64,000 bases of DNA from Gnetum montanum (lineage: Eukaryota; Plantae; Gnetophyta). Shown piece after piece: positions 13,300 through 26,752 of this stretch (position 1 is its first letter; each line of letters opens with the position of its first letter). Where the stretch lies: contig MNCI01002984.1 of the NCBI GenBank assembly GCA_015680685.1, forward strand, positions 68,221 to 132,220, given 5' to 3'. The notes under the pieces were generated by a model. The model did not search any database. It was not told where the DNA came from and worked only from the letters and a program-made list of their open reading frames with translations. Both the position numbers and the translations under genes were made by a program.

Positions 13300-16200
13300 T
13301 GAAACACCACTAAGAAAATTCATGTTGTAATCGCTAACCTTCACCATTAAACTTAAGGCTAGATTTTATTGTAAATGTAAGTTTTTCAGTTCAAAAGATA
13401 CAATCTTACATACTTTAACTTTTTGAGGCTAAAAAATACCTCATAAGTTATCATAGCCTCACTTCCCAAGTAGAAAATGTTATGTCATGGGTATATTTAG
13501 GCTTGGAAAGGCTAAAAATGCCTTGGGAATTACCAAATTTAGGTCTTGAATAGGTTTTATGTTAGTTAGAACAAAAGATATGCTAGAGCCAGTTGCAGCT
13601 AATGTAGCAATTATTGGACTTTAATTTCATAGCAAGGCCAACATAGTTTTCATGGAACCTAGTGTATCTTTTCAAGGCTAGCGTAGTTTTGGTGAAGGTA
13701 GCATAATTTTCAAGGCCAACTTAATTTTTATAGCACCCAACATATTTTTGATGACGCTTGTGCATCAAACTTACCATTAGTAAAAAAATACACTAAAATG
13801 GATAGCCTGCCACACCTGCAAATGACATCAATCTATCATCAATCATGGCAGAAATTTGCATCTCCAAATTAGTGACCTTATGGCTTATAAAAATCAAATT
13901 TCAACACATTGAATAGACTCTTCACTCTTCAACTTTTGGACTTTTGGCATTTCAAACTTTTGGCACTTTTGAGAATTTTTGACAAATCTACATTCGGCTG
14001 AGCATAGAGATTCTTAAAGTATTGTAGAGCATCAAAAAGTCCAACATCATAGCAACCATTTTTTAACATCCACCAAGTAGATTCAACACCAAATAAAGAG
14101 CAAGGAGTTGTTGGACCACCACTTTGGAGCATTTCAATCATGTAATTGACTATAGGACACACTCTATTAACTTCACCAAATTCCAAACATATCTCCTACA
14201 CTGCTCTTTGTGCATCTTGAGCACAAAACTTATGCTTCCTTGAACTCTTTTGTGTCTACAAATATTTATTATTTTTAATAAAATTTGCAGTTCATTTGAT
14301 TTTTGCAAGTTTATTTTCCTCTTTTTCTTGTTTAAATCTACATTTTACATTAAATTTTTTTACACCATTTTTACTATTTTAAGTCCTTGGATGATCAACA
14401 AGATCATCCAAGATGCTTGGAATCCCTTTTCTAAGTCCCATGGAATTCGAAGTTAAACTGTTTCACCTAGAATTTTTGGTTTTGTAGCATCAAATTTTTC
14501 AAGCATTATAACATCCAAGAAGAAGAACCAAATTTTGGTTTGGTTAATGAGCTTTCCTTCTCTAGGGTGAAGATAGCCTTATTAAAGATAAAAATTGGAA
14601 AAGTAGTTGGACCATATAACATTGCTATAGAAGCTTGGAAAGAATTAGGAGATATAGGAGTTTCTTAGCTGACACAATTATTTAACAAAATTTTGAAGGA
14701 TGGAGAAATACCCAATAATTGGAGGAAAAAACTTTGTTGTTCTCATTTATGAAAATAAAGGAGATGTACAAAATTGTACAAACTATAGAGAAATCAAGTT
14801 AATGAGCTATATTATGAATCTTTGGGAGAGAGTCATAGAGGATCATCTTAAACTTGAAACAATAGTATTAGAAATTTAATTTGGATTTATGCCAAGGAGA
14901 TATACTATAGGGACTATTTTTTAATATGAGAACTAATGGAGAAATTTAGAAAATATAGAAAAATGTCTACATATAATCTTCATTGATTTAGAAAAAGCAT
15001 ATGATAGAGTGCCTAGAGATATTATTTGATGGACCTTGTGGAGGAAAAACATCCCTAATAAATATAATAAAGTGATTTAAGACATGTATGAAGGAGCTAC
15101 CACTAAAATTAGAATAGCTTGTGGAATAACATTTGATATTCTAGTCATAGTATGTCTACATCAAGGGTCTACACTTATCTTATACTTATTTGTCATTATT
15201 ATGAATGAATTAATAAAGAATATACAAGATGAAATCACTTGGTGTATATTATTTGTAGATGATATTATGTTGGTGGATACAACTCATGAAAATATCATTA
15301 CTAAAATGAAGAAGTGGATACATGCTCTAGAATCCAAGGGCTTAAAAGGAAATATAAGATGAAATCCCTAGTGTATATTATTTTCAAATGATATTGCCTT
15401 GATGGATATAACTCAAGAAAATATTGCTGCTAAAATGGAGAAGTAGAGGCATGCTTTAGAATAAAAAGGCTTTAAAATAGTAGAAATAAGATAGAATATA
15501 TGAAATGCAATTTTAATACTAGCATAAATAGTGGTGAAGATGAAGTGATAATTCAAGATACAAAAATCCCTCATTGCAAATAGTTTCACTACCTAGGATT
15601 AATCCTCTAATTAGATGGTAAAATTGATAAAGAAATAAGAAATAGAATTGAGGCAATATGATAAAAATGAAGATAGACTAGTGGTGTTCTATGTAATAAA
15701 AGAATACTAATAGAATTAAAGGAAAAATTTTACACATCAATCAAGCTTGTCATCTTCTATGATGCTAAATGTTAGGTAGTACAAAAGAAGGCCTAGATAA
15801 TAAGTTAGTATGATAGAAATGAGAATGTTTAGATGGATGTTAATTATTACTAGAAAATATAAACTACATAGTAAAAACATTAGAGGAAGTCTTAAAGTGG
15901 CTTCTATTTTAGATAAGCTTAAGAATGGTCGATTAGATGGTTTAGACTTATGCAATGAAGATTAGAAAATAAGCCTATAAACAAAGGTTGCTATATTCAC
16001 TATTCTAGGAAAGCCACAGAAAGGAAGAGCAAAGAAGACATGAAAAAAAAATGATCAAAGATGATTTGAATAAACTACAAATAAATAGAGATCTAGCTCT
16101 TCATAGAGGTAAATGATGAAAAAGAATTGATGTAATTGATCCCCTTCTATTGGGATAAGGTTAGGATGATGAGGTTTTGGATATCATTCTTGCTTTAACC

Positions 16201-16560
16201 TTTATCTTTAGTGTGTTGTTTTTGTTACAAAATTTGCAAAAAATTCCATCTTTGTGTTGAAATTTTGACTTTCTTCTTCCTCTTTGGAATCCTTGTTTTC
16301 TTCTTTCATTGTTAGGCCTAAATTTTTGGGAGTTCTGATCCTATATTGCAAACTATTAAAGATAACATTACATTATGGGATCTTATTTTTGACCATTTAT
16401 TCTAAAATTTTTGGACTTTTATCTTTTAGGTATCATTATTAAGTGTACAAGTGGAAGAGAACAAGGGTTAATGTAACATTTCAATCTCAAATGTCATGAA
16501 ATAACTTAAATTTATCACACTTAACTTCAATCTAATGCACAAAAGGATAATCTTTGGTAC
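13300..16560 (+). repeat. 3' LTR of the old Tat remnant, interrupted by a LINE; right end approximate
   Basis: Begins TGAAACACC directly after the PPT, the same terminus as the other Tat LTRs in the window. Confidence 0.5.
14545..16173 (+). mobile_element. 5'-truncated RTE-clade LINE (RT region and 3' end), degenerate
   Basis: KIGKVVGP..NKGDVQNCTNYREIKLMS..WERVIE, FIDLEKAYDRVPR, LHQGSTL, LFVDDI; RTE-like tail GATCCCC..TTGGGATAAGG followed by GATGATGAG. Confidence 0.9.
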
Positions 16561-19500
16561 ATGTAAATAAGAAAAAGGATGAAACGGAATATTTATTAAT
16601 AATAAGCAATGAAAATTTTAAAAATGTAATGAAGTATGGGCCCTAATATTATCTTTATGTGGTAGTAAGTTTCCTTAAAGATAATCTAACACTTCCATCA
16701 TGGTTAGGTTTGACGACCAAAAAGGTGATTAATCTATTTTTATCTCACTTCATCTAACTCTTTTCACTCACCTTACCAACTTTGCAACTTCATGTTGGTA
16801 TAAACTCTAAGTTATTGACTCTTAAATGTGATAGGTCAAACTTCCAAAGGATACCATGATTGATTACAACTTCTTATAAAGAAGCACTCCTTCCTAACCA
16901 AATATTAATTACTTAATTAACATATTTTTATTACAACTTTACTCCTAATTAGGAATAAGATGTTACAATATATTCATCTTAGGAATCTTACTTATTTTTG
17001 AGCTAATCTTCAATGTCTTATTGATTTCCATTTTTGTTATCCATATGTTTTTCTTCTTCAACCTCCTTATCATCTATATAAAATAATATCTATTAGTATT
17101 ATATATTTATATTGTTTAATAGAGAAAATTACTTATCATTATGATCAAAGAGGTAAAGATAAGTGACGAGTAGCAGGCAATCCTAATACCCAATGATACA
17201 AATCATGAGCATATGCAAGTAACCTGATTGTAATATGTAGACTAGATTAGCATGGTGATTAGATAGCTAAACATTTGATTGCAAGTCATTGTCTTACCAA
17301 TCATACTCATGTAGCTCTTAGTATATATGGTAGATATATGATAGATAATATTGTAAGGTCATAAATAAACTACTATTAAAATATAAAAATTAAGTTTAAA
17401 TTAAGCTAATGCAAGAATAAAAACTATGATATCCTAGGTGATAAACACTGATTTCTAGTTTTCCATACACATGCTAACTCATGTAATTATTGGTGGATTA
17501 TCAAGTAGCTACTATTGGTGAACTAAGTAAGAGCACTACTGGGATTACCAAACGATACACATTATGATTGAAACCAATCATGCTTATGTTGCTATAACTA
17601 TTATGTGATGAGACATAAATAATTAACTAAGTGTATGTGAAGTAAAGGAGCAAGGAAATTAAAGTGGGATTAAAAAATCATTAAATTAATATATGTATTG
17701 CAATGGAGTTAAATCAATCTTGATCTTATTACCATTCATGAAAATGTACCTAGGTACATCATCACTTAAATAAGATTTTGGTCAATTAATTTAAGTTCAC
17801 ACTATAGGAACTTGGTGATAAACTCTAACTTCTATAGAAATAAATTGCAAAAGCTTTGCTACAACTATGATCAAATGGTGCCATAAATGCTATTATCTTG
17901 TACATTTATACAAGGATTTTTTACCTCTACTTTAACATCAATGCATTGATGTAGTTGATTCTACATCAATGTTGATGTATTGACACTACTACTGTGTTGA
18001 CATAGTCAACTTAAAAGTATTCATTATACCTCATGATTGATTGAAAAATCATCCTCAAGTTAACAAAATTGCAATAGAGTTTGTTTACAAAATGTGGAAG
18101 TGACTCTACTAATTAACTAACTAACCAACTCAAGTATCACATTACAAAATTTATTCAAGTATTTTACACTTGATAGATGATAAAATATAGACAAATTATC
18201 CCTAAAAAACTTTTATGAAGATATTTACTAAAAGACCCAAGACATATGTGGTGGTTCTTATGATGCCTTCTCATGCCTTGGCTGTAGTTACAGTTATGAT
18301 TATCTTATGGTTGTTACTACTACTACCTTTAGCTTAAATGCATTTATTAAAACCCTCATTTTTTCTTCTTTGTTTTTGGAATTATGGATAGCCCACACTA
18401 CTTTTGCTAGATTCTCTATTATGGGTACATTCCAAGAACACATTAGAGTAAAAAACATCTCATAAGCATTAACAAACAATGTAGTGAATTGTTTGTATTT
18501 GATGTTGAAAGATTTTAGTATGTCTTTTAGTTCATAGTAATTTGTCATTTTTCTACCCAAGATCTTTACTACTTCTCTTTTATCCTCATATATAGCCTTA
18601 TGAATTGTGAGCTCAATGTGGACAATTTGTAGCTTTTTTTGTATCTCATGATAGAGTTTGTGCTCATTCTTATACAATAAGTAGGAGCTTGGCCACTTAT
18701 TTCTTTCACTCTATATGAGGATGACCAATAGTTAGCATTGCTAGATTAGCATATAGTAGGTTGGTAAGCTGCATGTACTTCATCATATCTTAGATTTGTA
18801 GCTCCTTTATTTTGATTTTTAACTAATTATAGGCATTGAGATCGTTGAAGATTAGTTGTCATGTGTTACCTTAGAGTTGCTAGAGTGATTGATTGGCCTT
18901 TTCCTTAGCCAATCAGATCTCTTTCTTATTGATTTCTTTCTACCTACCTACCTACCTAGTCCTTATAATGATTTTGATTCTTTCATAGTTAAGGGCTTCA
19001 TTTTTGTAGGAAAAAATCTTAATGGTTGAGTTCTGTGAGATGGTCTTAACTTCCTTCATGAAGAGATTTCTATTTTCTATTGTCAACTTGCATACATCTA
19101 CATTTATCTTGGATAACTTCTCCAAGAGCTGCTTGAGGTATTCTTCCATTTATTCTTTTTATTTTTTAATGTTTACCAACCTCCAATTTTCCTTAGCCAC
19201 CTCCTAATTCTCTATACATATTGTCACAATGTTCATTTTTTCTTCATTTAACAATACATCTAGCATGAATGCATCTTAGATGATTTTATCCTTCTCTATC
19301 TCTACCTATTATTGTTTAGCATTTAGTTGTTTAAATGTTTCATCTTTGGTAAGTCTTAGTTAGCAGAGAGCTAAATTTGATAATTGGGCTTAGAGCTATG
19401 CAACTTCATTTGTTAATTATTTATTGATTCATTTTGCCTCATGAACTTGCATCTATATAATTATAAGTTTTTTTCTTGTCTTAATGAGTATAAAATAGGT

Positions 19501-20093
19501 TGTTATGATGTCTTCAAACATGTTAAAGACATCTAGAATAAATGGCCTAGGTCCCACTATGCTCTCCAATACATTCTTGTGTTGGGCAATACTCATATCC
19601 CTCCATCTAATTTCTATAGACATATAGATGTCTACAATTGTAAAAAAATTTAGAATTAGTACTATAGGAACTTTTAATACTTTGCTAATCCTATTGGCCA
19701 GCACCTTTACATTTGTCTCCTACTTTTTTCTATGACATGATTATCATCATGGCTCCATCCCCCTACTCCAAAATCATGGAGAAGGTTGTACTATTTCTCA
19801 AAGTTTTTGACATTTGTTCAACAAGTAGGGATACTAAAACTTCCCTTGTATTAAGGTTCACTTGGATGGTTGCTTGGATTCTTTACATAGAGAAGAGATT
19901 GGATAGCTCATCCTACTATTAGCTTACTATTTTTGTAACTTAATTTAGATGGCTCAGGGTAAGTTGGTAGTCTCCTAAGCCTTCAAAAAGTACTTGATGT
20001 GAGGCTTCTCATCCTCTAGTTCTTACTCTTGCACATGGTATCTCCTTAGCTAATCATATGTCAAATGATGAAGGTGAAATCTTCTCTTGAAGA

Positions 20094-20592
20094 TGTTGAC
20101 CTTTTGGTATGTCAAAACCTTAGAGAAAATGGAAATTATAGAAAATGTGTTTGTGATTGTAGTCTTGTAGGATCATGAAAGAACATGATGAGAAAAGACT
20201 TCAAATTGAGAATCAAGACTTAAAAAATAAGAGTTGAACTAGAATGAGAGCTATGTTGAGATGATGAAATGAAGACTAAAGTAGAAAAGATTATTGTGGT
20301 TTTTGTGATTTAGAATCTATGCATACCTCTAAAATTTGTTTCTTAAAAAATGTGATTTAAATGAAGACTTCAAAAATACTCTAGAGTGGAACTAAAATCT
20401 TGCAAAGGTTATTGTACCATTTAAATCACATTTTTTAAGAAACAAATTTTAGAGGTATCCACAGATTCTACCCTCTAGGTGTGGACATACTCAAGTTGGA
20501 GAACCACATAAACGATTGTGTTTGATTTTGGTGGATACTAAAATTTTAATTGGGGAACTTATTTAACCCTCCTTCTAAGTTCTCAATCCATA
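20094..20592 (+). mobile_element. SIRE-family solo LTR, internally deleted, with TSD GAAGA
   Basis: Start TGTTGACCTTTTGGTATGTCAAAAC as at 23010; end matches the LTR 3' end; GAAGA at 20089-20093 and 20593-20597. Confidence 0.85.
20311..20470. repeat. Inverted repeat, 53-bp arms (2 mismatches), 54-bp spacer
   Basis: 20311-20363 is the reverse complement of 20418-20470. Confidence 0.92.
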
Positions 20593-23009
20593 GAAGACTT
20601 AGTAATGGCCTCTTCTTCATTATTTCTTTCCATAACACTATTGTGGTCCTTTAGAGGTCATCATTAGAGTAATGAGTAATTCCTTCAATTTACATGGTTT
20701 CTAGATAAGGCATAGAAAGGTTAGTATCTTCTTTTTCATTTTTCTAAAATATTTCTAAATTTTTACGAAAATAAGTTGAGGGAAGTTGACTAATAATTTC
20801 TGACTATGTGTAGCAAAGGCCCTTGTAGAGAAGGATGTAACTTTTTTGGATCGTACCATGGAATTAAGATGATACAAAGTGATTTTGAAGTAGATTCTTT
20901 CTTCCTAGGTTAGTACTCCATATTTCTTCTAATTATCTTCATATCACCTTTAGTTAAATTTCCTTTTTCTTTCTATGTTAGACTAAGTTGATACATTTAG
21001 GACTTTGATTCCCACATTTGGGATTCCTAGGGTCTCAATAATGGCTTCCACTAAGAAACATATGGTGATGTCCTGAATCTCAACCATTACATTTCCTTGA
21101 AAATTATTCCAAAAAGGGATATGTCTCTCCTAAGTATTATTCTTTATTTTTTAAAATGGCGGGCCATAAAGGAGATTCTTGCAATTGTTCCAAAAGCTCT
21201 TAGGGTAAAAATTCTAAGAAGAACACAAAACTTGGTTCTTGTAGTATCAAACTTTGGATCTCCTTTGTTTAAATCTTTTTTAGGTAAGATTCAATAAAGA
21301 TCACTTTAAGAGTGAACCATTATCTTGGTATTTTCTCTTACCTAGATTACCCTATTTTAGCTATGAAAATCTATCTAACTGATTCCACTTCATATTCATC
21401 TAACAAATCTAGTTGCATGTATGACTTCCTATTCTCATGCTTACTCTTCTTCATGCCCTCATCCTTCACATGGCCTCTTTCCTCTATAATGTGATGGATC
21501 TTCCACCTTTGGGACTCTCTATGGTATCATTTACACTCATATTAATGATCAATTATTTTTTTTGAATTATTTTATAACAATTTACTTAAGTATAGAAAAT
21601 TCTAGCGTTAATGTCCTTATGTCACTATAGTAGGATGTTTTGGAGGCTCTGAGGTAGCTAGGTTATCCTAAATTTAAGTTATTTAGATCATTTTTTATAT
21701 GAAATAACTTAGATCTTTTAAAACTTGGGATTTTGAAATATTTTTTCCACAAATTAATTACCTTCATGGTGTAGAGCTTAACTCCAAGAGCTCATAGGTT
21801 TTTCAATGATGGTAATTAGAGTTTATGTCATAAGATATCATTAGTAGAAGGCTGTAGATCTTAGAAATGGAAAAAAAATCCTCTTGTATGAAGTGAAAAT
21901 GATGAGAATTTTGCTAATGATTGCTGCATATATATCGTCTCTTTATATTACATTGAACCTACTTCATCAACAAAGTTTACTAAATCAATGCTATTGAAGT
22001 TTAAAATTTTCTTTAAAAATGGATACATTTAGAGGAATTTTCTTTGGATTTTTGGGTTGAATTGAAGTTGATATAAGAAGTTATAGACCATAAAGACATC
22101 TTAGAATTTTCAAATAAGGTTAGATGATGAATTGGTAGAGATTTAAAGCTTGAAATTTAAAGGAATTGGAGTTTTTAATAGAAAATCCTAACAAAATAAG
22201 AATAAATGCACAACACTTGATGTTCAAGGCTTGTGAAGTTGGTTCATGAACTAGATTATTAAGATTTATATAAGTGGATCCTTCTGTTAGCAAGATCCTA
22301 CCTAAGATACCCTTATATAACCTTTTCACAAGGTGTTCATGGGCATATAGAAAAACAAATGGTAATTGAGTCCATGTTCTAGCATCCATATAATTATTAT
22401 CATCAGGATTCTACACTATAATACATGAAATCATTAATTACATAATTAAGCATAACAACAAGTTGGAATGAAATGAGAAAAGATTGCAGAGATTGGAATG
22501 CAAGGTTTCTTACGGTAGTCATTATGGGTTCTTCATGTTAAGTATGGTTAAAATAACATTATAATTATTTTCTTAGAGTCCACACTAGGTCCATATCATT
22601 AAGGGTGCTATCAAATTATGTGATGCTAGGTTCATCACCATGAGACCAATAAAAATCACATAAAAACATCATTACTTAAAAAAGAAGGATTGCAAAATAT
22701 GCATTAAGTACTTGAATTAATTAATTAGAGGTATGTGAGTTATGGCTCTTAGTCATTTGTTAGAGGGACATCTTTAGGCATGGCTCACATGTCTTTCCAA
22801 TGCCATAAAAAGGTAATAACATTAATACAGAAGATATTTTCCAAATACGTAAAACATTATTAATAGTATATTCAAATGGAGCATTGGGACTGATAAAGGA
22901 AATCTATAAAATCATTTAATCTCCTTAATGTTACATCTTTTCCAATTCTTCTCCATCCTTCTCCATTTCTTGAAGACATAATGATCATGGATTTATTTTT
23001 AGTTTTGAT

Positions 23010-24218
23010 TGTTAACCTTTTGGTATGTCAAAACATTAAGGAAAATGGAGAACATAGGATGGTATGTAAAGTGTGATGTTTTTGCAGTGCATGAAGAGAG
23101 CTCAAGAGATTATATCTACAAATAGATGTCAAAGTGGAGACTACAAGGACTTATTAGACATGAATGAAGACTCAAGGAATGAGAGCTACAATGAGATGTC
23201 AAAGTGAAGACTACAAGGACTTCATTAGAAAAGTTTAAGTAAGGGATGAGAAGAAGACTATAGTAAAATGAAGATGTTCCAAGAATTGGGAAGAAGAAAA
23301 ATCAATGAAAGGAAGCTTTGTAAACCAAGTTCACAAGATACGAAGACATCTCCCAAAAGTAGAAGGCATCCTGACCAAAGTGTAGAAGAATCAAAGAAGA
23401 CATCTTGCTAAAATAGTAGACATCTTATGTCTGGAGAAGATGTCTACAAGAAGACATCTCCTTTGGTGGAGAGATGTCTCCCCTGAACTAAAGTCTATGT
23501 AGTGAGATGTCTCAATCTTCAAGAAGACGTCTTCCTTAGCTATTAGATAGCTGCTACATGAATTCAAAGGTGATTTTGGAAACATCAAGACTATAAGAAG
23601 ACTTCATTCTCTTGGGCATTGTGCAAGTTCTGTGTGCAAGCAAGTGTTAACATCAAGAAATCATTGTGTACATTATTTTATTATATTTGTGTACCTCATT
23701 GTACTATCTTTTGTACTATTATAAGTGATCAATTGTGTTGTACCTCAAAGTACAAGGACTAGTAAATTAGTTGCATCCTTTCCTTGTATTTTTTTTCTCT
23801 TTCTTATTGCCACGTTGGGATTGATGTACTTCTTATGAGAAGGCATCATCCTTGAGCTTGTTTGGATCATGTTGGGATTGAGTATTGGTGTAGTGTCACA
23901 ACACATCGAAGTGGAGCTCAAGTTGTAAAGGTTATGGGATCTTGAAAATCACATTTTAAGCTTTGTCAGGACCTTGCAGGGTTGAGTGGATTCATAGAAA
24001 TAAAACACTCTAGAGTAGAGCTTAGAGCTTGTACAGGGTGTGGTATCCTTCAAATCATATTTCAACAGAAAAAAATTATAGAGGTATGTGGTGATGTACC
24101 CTCTGAGTGTGGAGTACCCAAGTTTGGGAACCATGTAAAATTGATGTGTGCTTTGTGTTGAAGAATTCTTGATTTGGGCAACTTATTCATCCCTTCCTTC
24201 TAAGTTCTATTATTCTTA
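23010..24218 (+). repeat. 5' LTR of SIRE element 2
   Basis: Homologous to the reverse complement of 9254-10326; AGACATCT cluster 23340-23530, TATA CTATAAGAAG about 23591. Confidence 0.88.
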
Positions 24219-24270
24219 AGTGATATTAGAGGCTAGTACTCTTACACTCTACAACTTCCAAGAATGAACA

Positions 24271-24416
24271 ATGGAGGGAACTTCTTATACAAAGCTAGCT
24301 ATGTTCAATGGATTCAAGTTTGCCTATTGGAAGGCAAGGATGTAGGGCTTCTTCGAATCGATGGAGTTTGAATGCTAAAAATCCATCCTTGAAGGCTACA
24401 CATCACCCATCGACAG
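24271..24416 (+). pseudogene. SIRE gag, N-terminal piece before the insertion
   Basis: MEGTSYTKLAMFNGFKFAYWKARM..GYTSPID. Confidence 0.88.
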
Positions 24417-26752
24417 TGTAGCAACCAAAAACGTTAGTGGCTGGAACATCAAGAGGTTACCGTATGTATAGTATAACCCTAGATTTGTGTAAGGGCTGTG
24501 CTGGAGGGAAATGGAAACAGGGTGCCCTGAACGGTCTGGTCGATCAGACAGGGACTTAACCGGTGTACAATAACCTTTCTTAAACAATTTTTTTAGAGAT
24601 GTTATGTGTAATTTAAGTGATAAACGTAAGCTGATAAGCAATGATGCAAAATATGATGATAGCAAAACAAAATGAAACAGGCTTGAGTGAGAGAGTGCAC
24701 CACCCCATGATCAGGGGATTTGATCTTTTTTTGGTTGAAAGTGTACAACTGAGGCATAGTGTAGATAGGCATAGCTTACAATGAAGCGGTATGGTCATAG
24801 CTCCTTGAACTGCTATCAACAGCTTGCTAATAGAAACTGGTGAGCTAATGTTATCTGGGCTAGAAGGGATTTGAAGAGTGCTGCTACTGGGATTTGCTGT
24901 TCGTCAACCCTTTGCTTGCCAGTCTCTTTGCCAAAGCTAATCACCAGAAAGCCAAAATGCCAAAATGCTAATCTTTGAAATCAACCGCAAAGAAGGTGAT
25001 TCTCAAAGCCAACAATGCCTAAAGCTAACCTTAAAAGCTAGCCATAGGAAAGATGATTCCAAAAGCCTACCCTTTGAATGTTGTTTGTTGGGGTATTTAT
25101 AGATCCAAATGTGGGAGAGAAACGTGGTTCGGATGCCATGTGTCCTAGGTCCCACAGAGTGCAAACATGACTGTGCTATGCTACTGTGTAATGCTGAATG
25201 TGAAACCTACTACGCTGTGACCATACCTTTCAAGTTGCATGTGCCAAAATCTAGGGAACTGCCATATTTGTTACAAAGAATTCCATCAATGAATGCAAAT
25301 TGGAGCCTATGCTCTAGAACTATGTCTTCCCTACTCTTGCGAGCAGGGTCAAGTGTAGGGACAACTTTGGGAGTAATCAGGGAGATGTAAAACAAAGCAA
25401 ACTTGCTAATTCTGTCTGTTGAAGAAATTTCAGGACAGGAGTAACCATTGCCAACAAGTTTTGGAGCTAACCAAAGAAATCTTAATGCTTCCATGCAAGT
25501 GTTACGTTACTTACTCTACCCAGCATATCGGCATAGCATAAACACCTGCATGCTACGCTACATTATGCTGCCTAGCGTAGGGCAGCGTAGTCACCAGTCC
25601 TGAGGGAAATTTTTCTGAAAAGCTAAAAATATCTATCTGAGGCCTAGCTAGGCAAGTAAATTCTGCAATTGACAACCCTGCCATCTATGTTGAAAGGTCC
25701 TAGAACATGCAGATTTCATCCTTGGGACATTTCCCTACTTTGTGTCTTCACTACACTGTGCTATGCTATGTAACGTAGCATAGCTTAGTAGCCAATGTGA
25801 CATGTATCCTTGCTTGATTTACAATGCTTTGTTAAGAAATTTTTCTTGGAACCCAGGGGAGAAGTGGGATAGGCAGTCTTGAAGGTTGAGGTATGCCAAG
25901 TGCAATTCCTTTGCTAGGACCACTTGACAGAGGACCTTCGTGCGTTTTGACCCTGCTACGTTGTGCTATGCTGCATAGCGTAGCATAGTGTAGCACCTAG
26001 TTTGGCTCGAATCTTATCTCATTTTACAAACATTCTGTCATGAGATCTTGATCATGTCTTAGCATTACTATAGGACAAGAATGTTTGATGGTTAAGGCAT
26101 GGGAAAATATTCTTATTCTATCAGAGCAATCTAAGTAGGAGTATTGTCATAGTACATCCCTACTACACTATGCTATGCTTCATAGCATAGCACAACGTAG
26201 CACACAAATTGAGATGGTTTTTGACAAAACTTGCCACATTTTGCTACATCATGTTGCTCATGCATAAAGGATGAAGTGGGGCAGATATCCCGGAGGGCTA
26301 AGTCATTTTCAATCTGCATCTTGGATGCCCGATCAATCTTCTCAAGCCCTGCTATGTTGTACAGCATAGCAAGCTCATACAATTAGAAAACTTGCTAAAA
26401 ACCTTCAATAGCTCCTAGCATGGTCCCTGGGTAGATCGTCAACTGGGTCAAGTGTTAAGTTGGGCAAGCTAGAGGGTGTAGCAAACCTATCAGCTCGAGA
26501 GATAGAAAATTTTCTAGACTTTACGGTCTACCACTAGTGCCTCTTTCATGCAAACTAGCCTTGTGGTTGGGTGCCATATTAATTGTGCTGTAGAGGTTGG
26601 CAAGCAAGCTTGGAAGCAACATTGCAAGCATTAGGACTTCTGGGGTGCCATATTATCTACACAGTCCAACGTGATACCATGCTTGTAGAGATCCTTGACC
26701 AAATTTCGAGACTGTGCTGAATCATCAGAGTCCTGAAATTTATGGTGTTTCA
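24417..26752 (-). repeat. 3' LTR of outer Tat element (about 2.3 kb)
   Basis: TGAAACACC..GCTACA termini on minus; colinear with 59545-61869; preceded by PPT AAAAGGGGTCAT (26753-26764). Confidence 0.96.

Noticed and set aside
21300-21420. EYEVES on the minus strand as a chromodomain
   Set aside because: The downstream YLVKW motif and an upstream integrase are not recognisable
25109-25494. ORFs repeated at 60235-60549 (and 24396/59464)
   Set aside because: Similarity only reflects the LTR duplication; no protein motif
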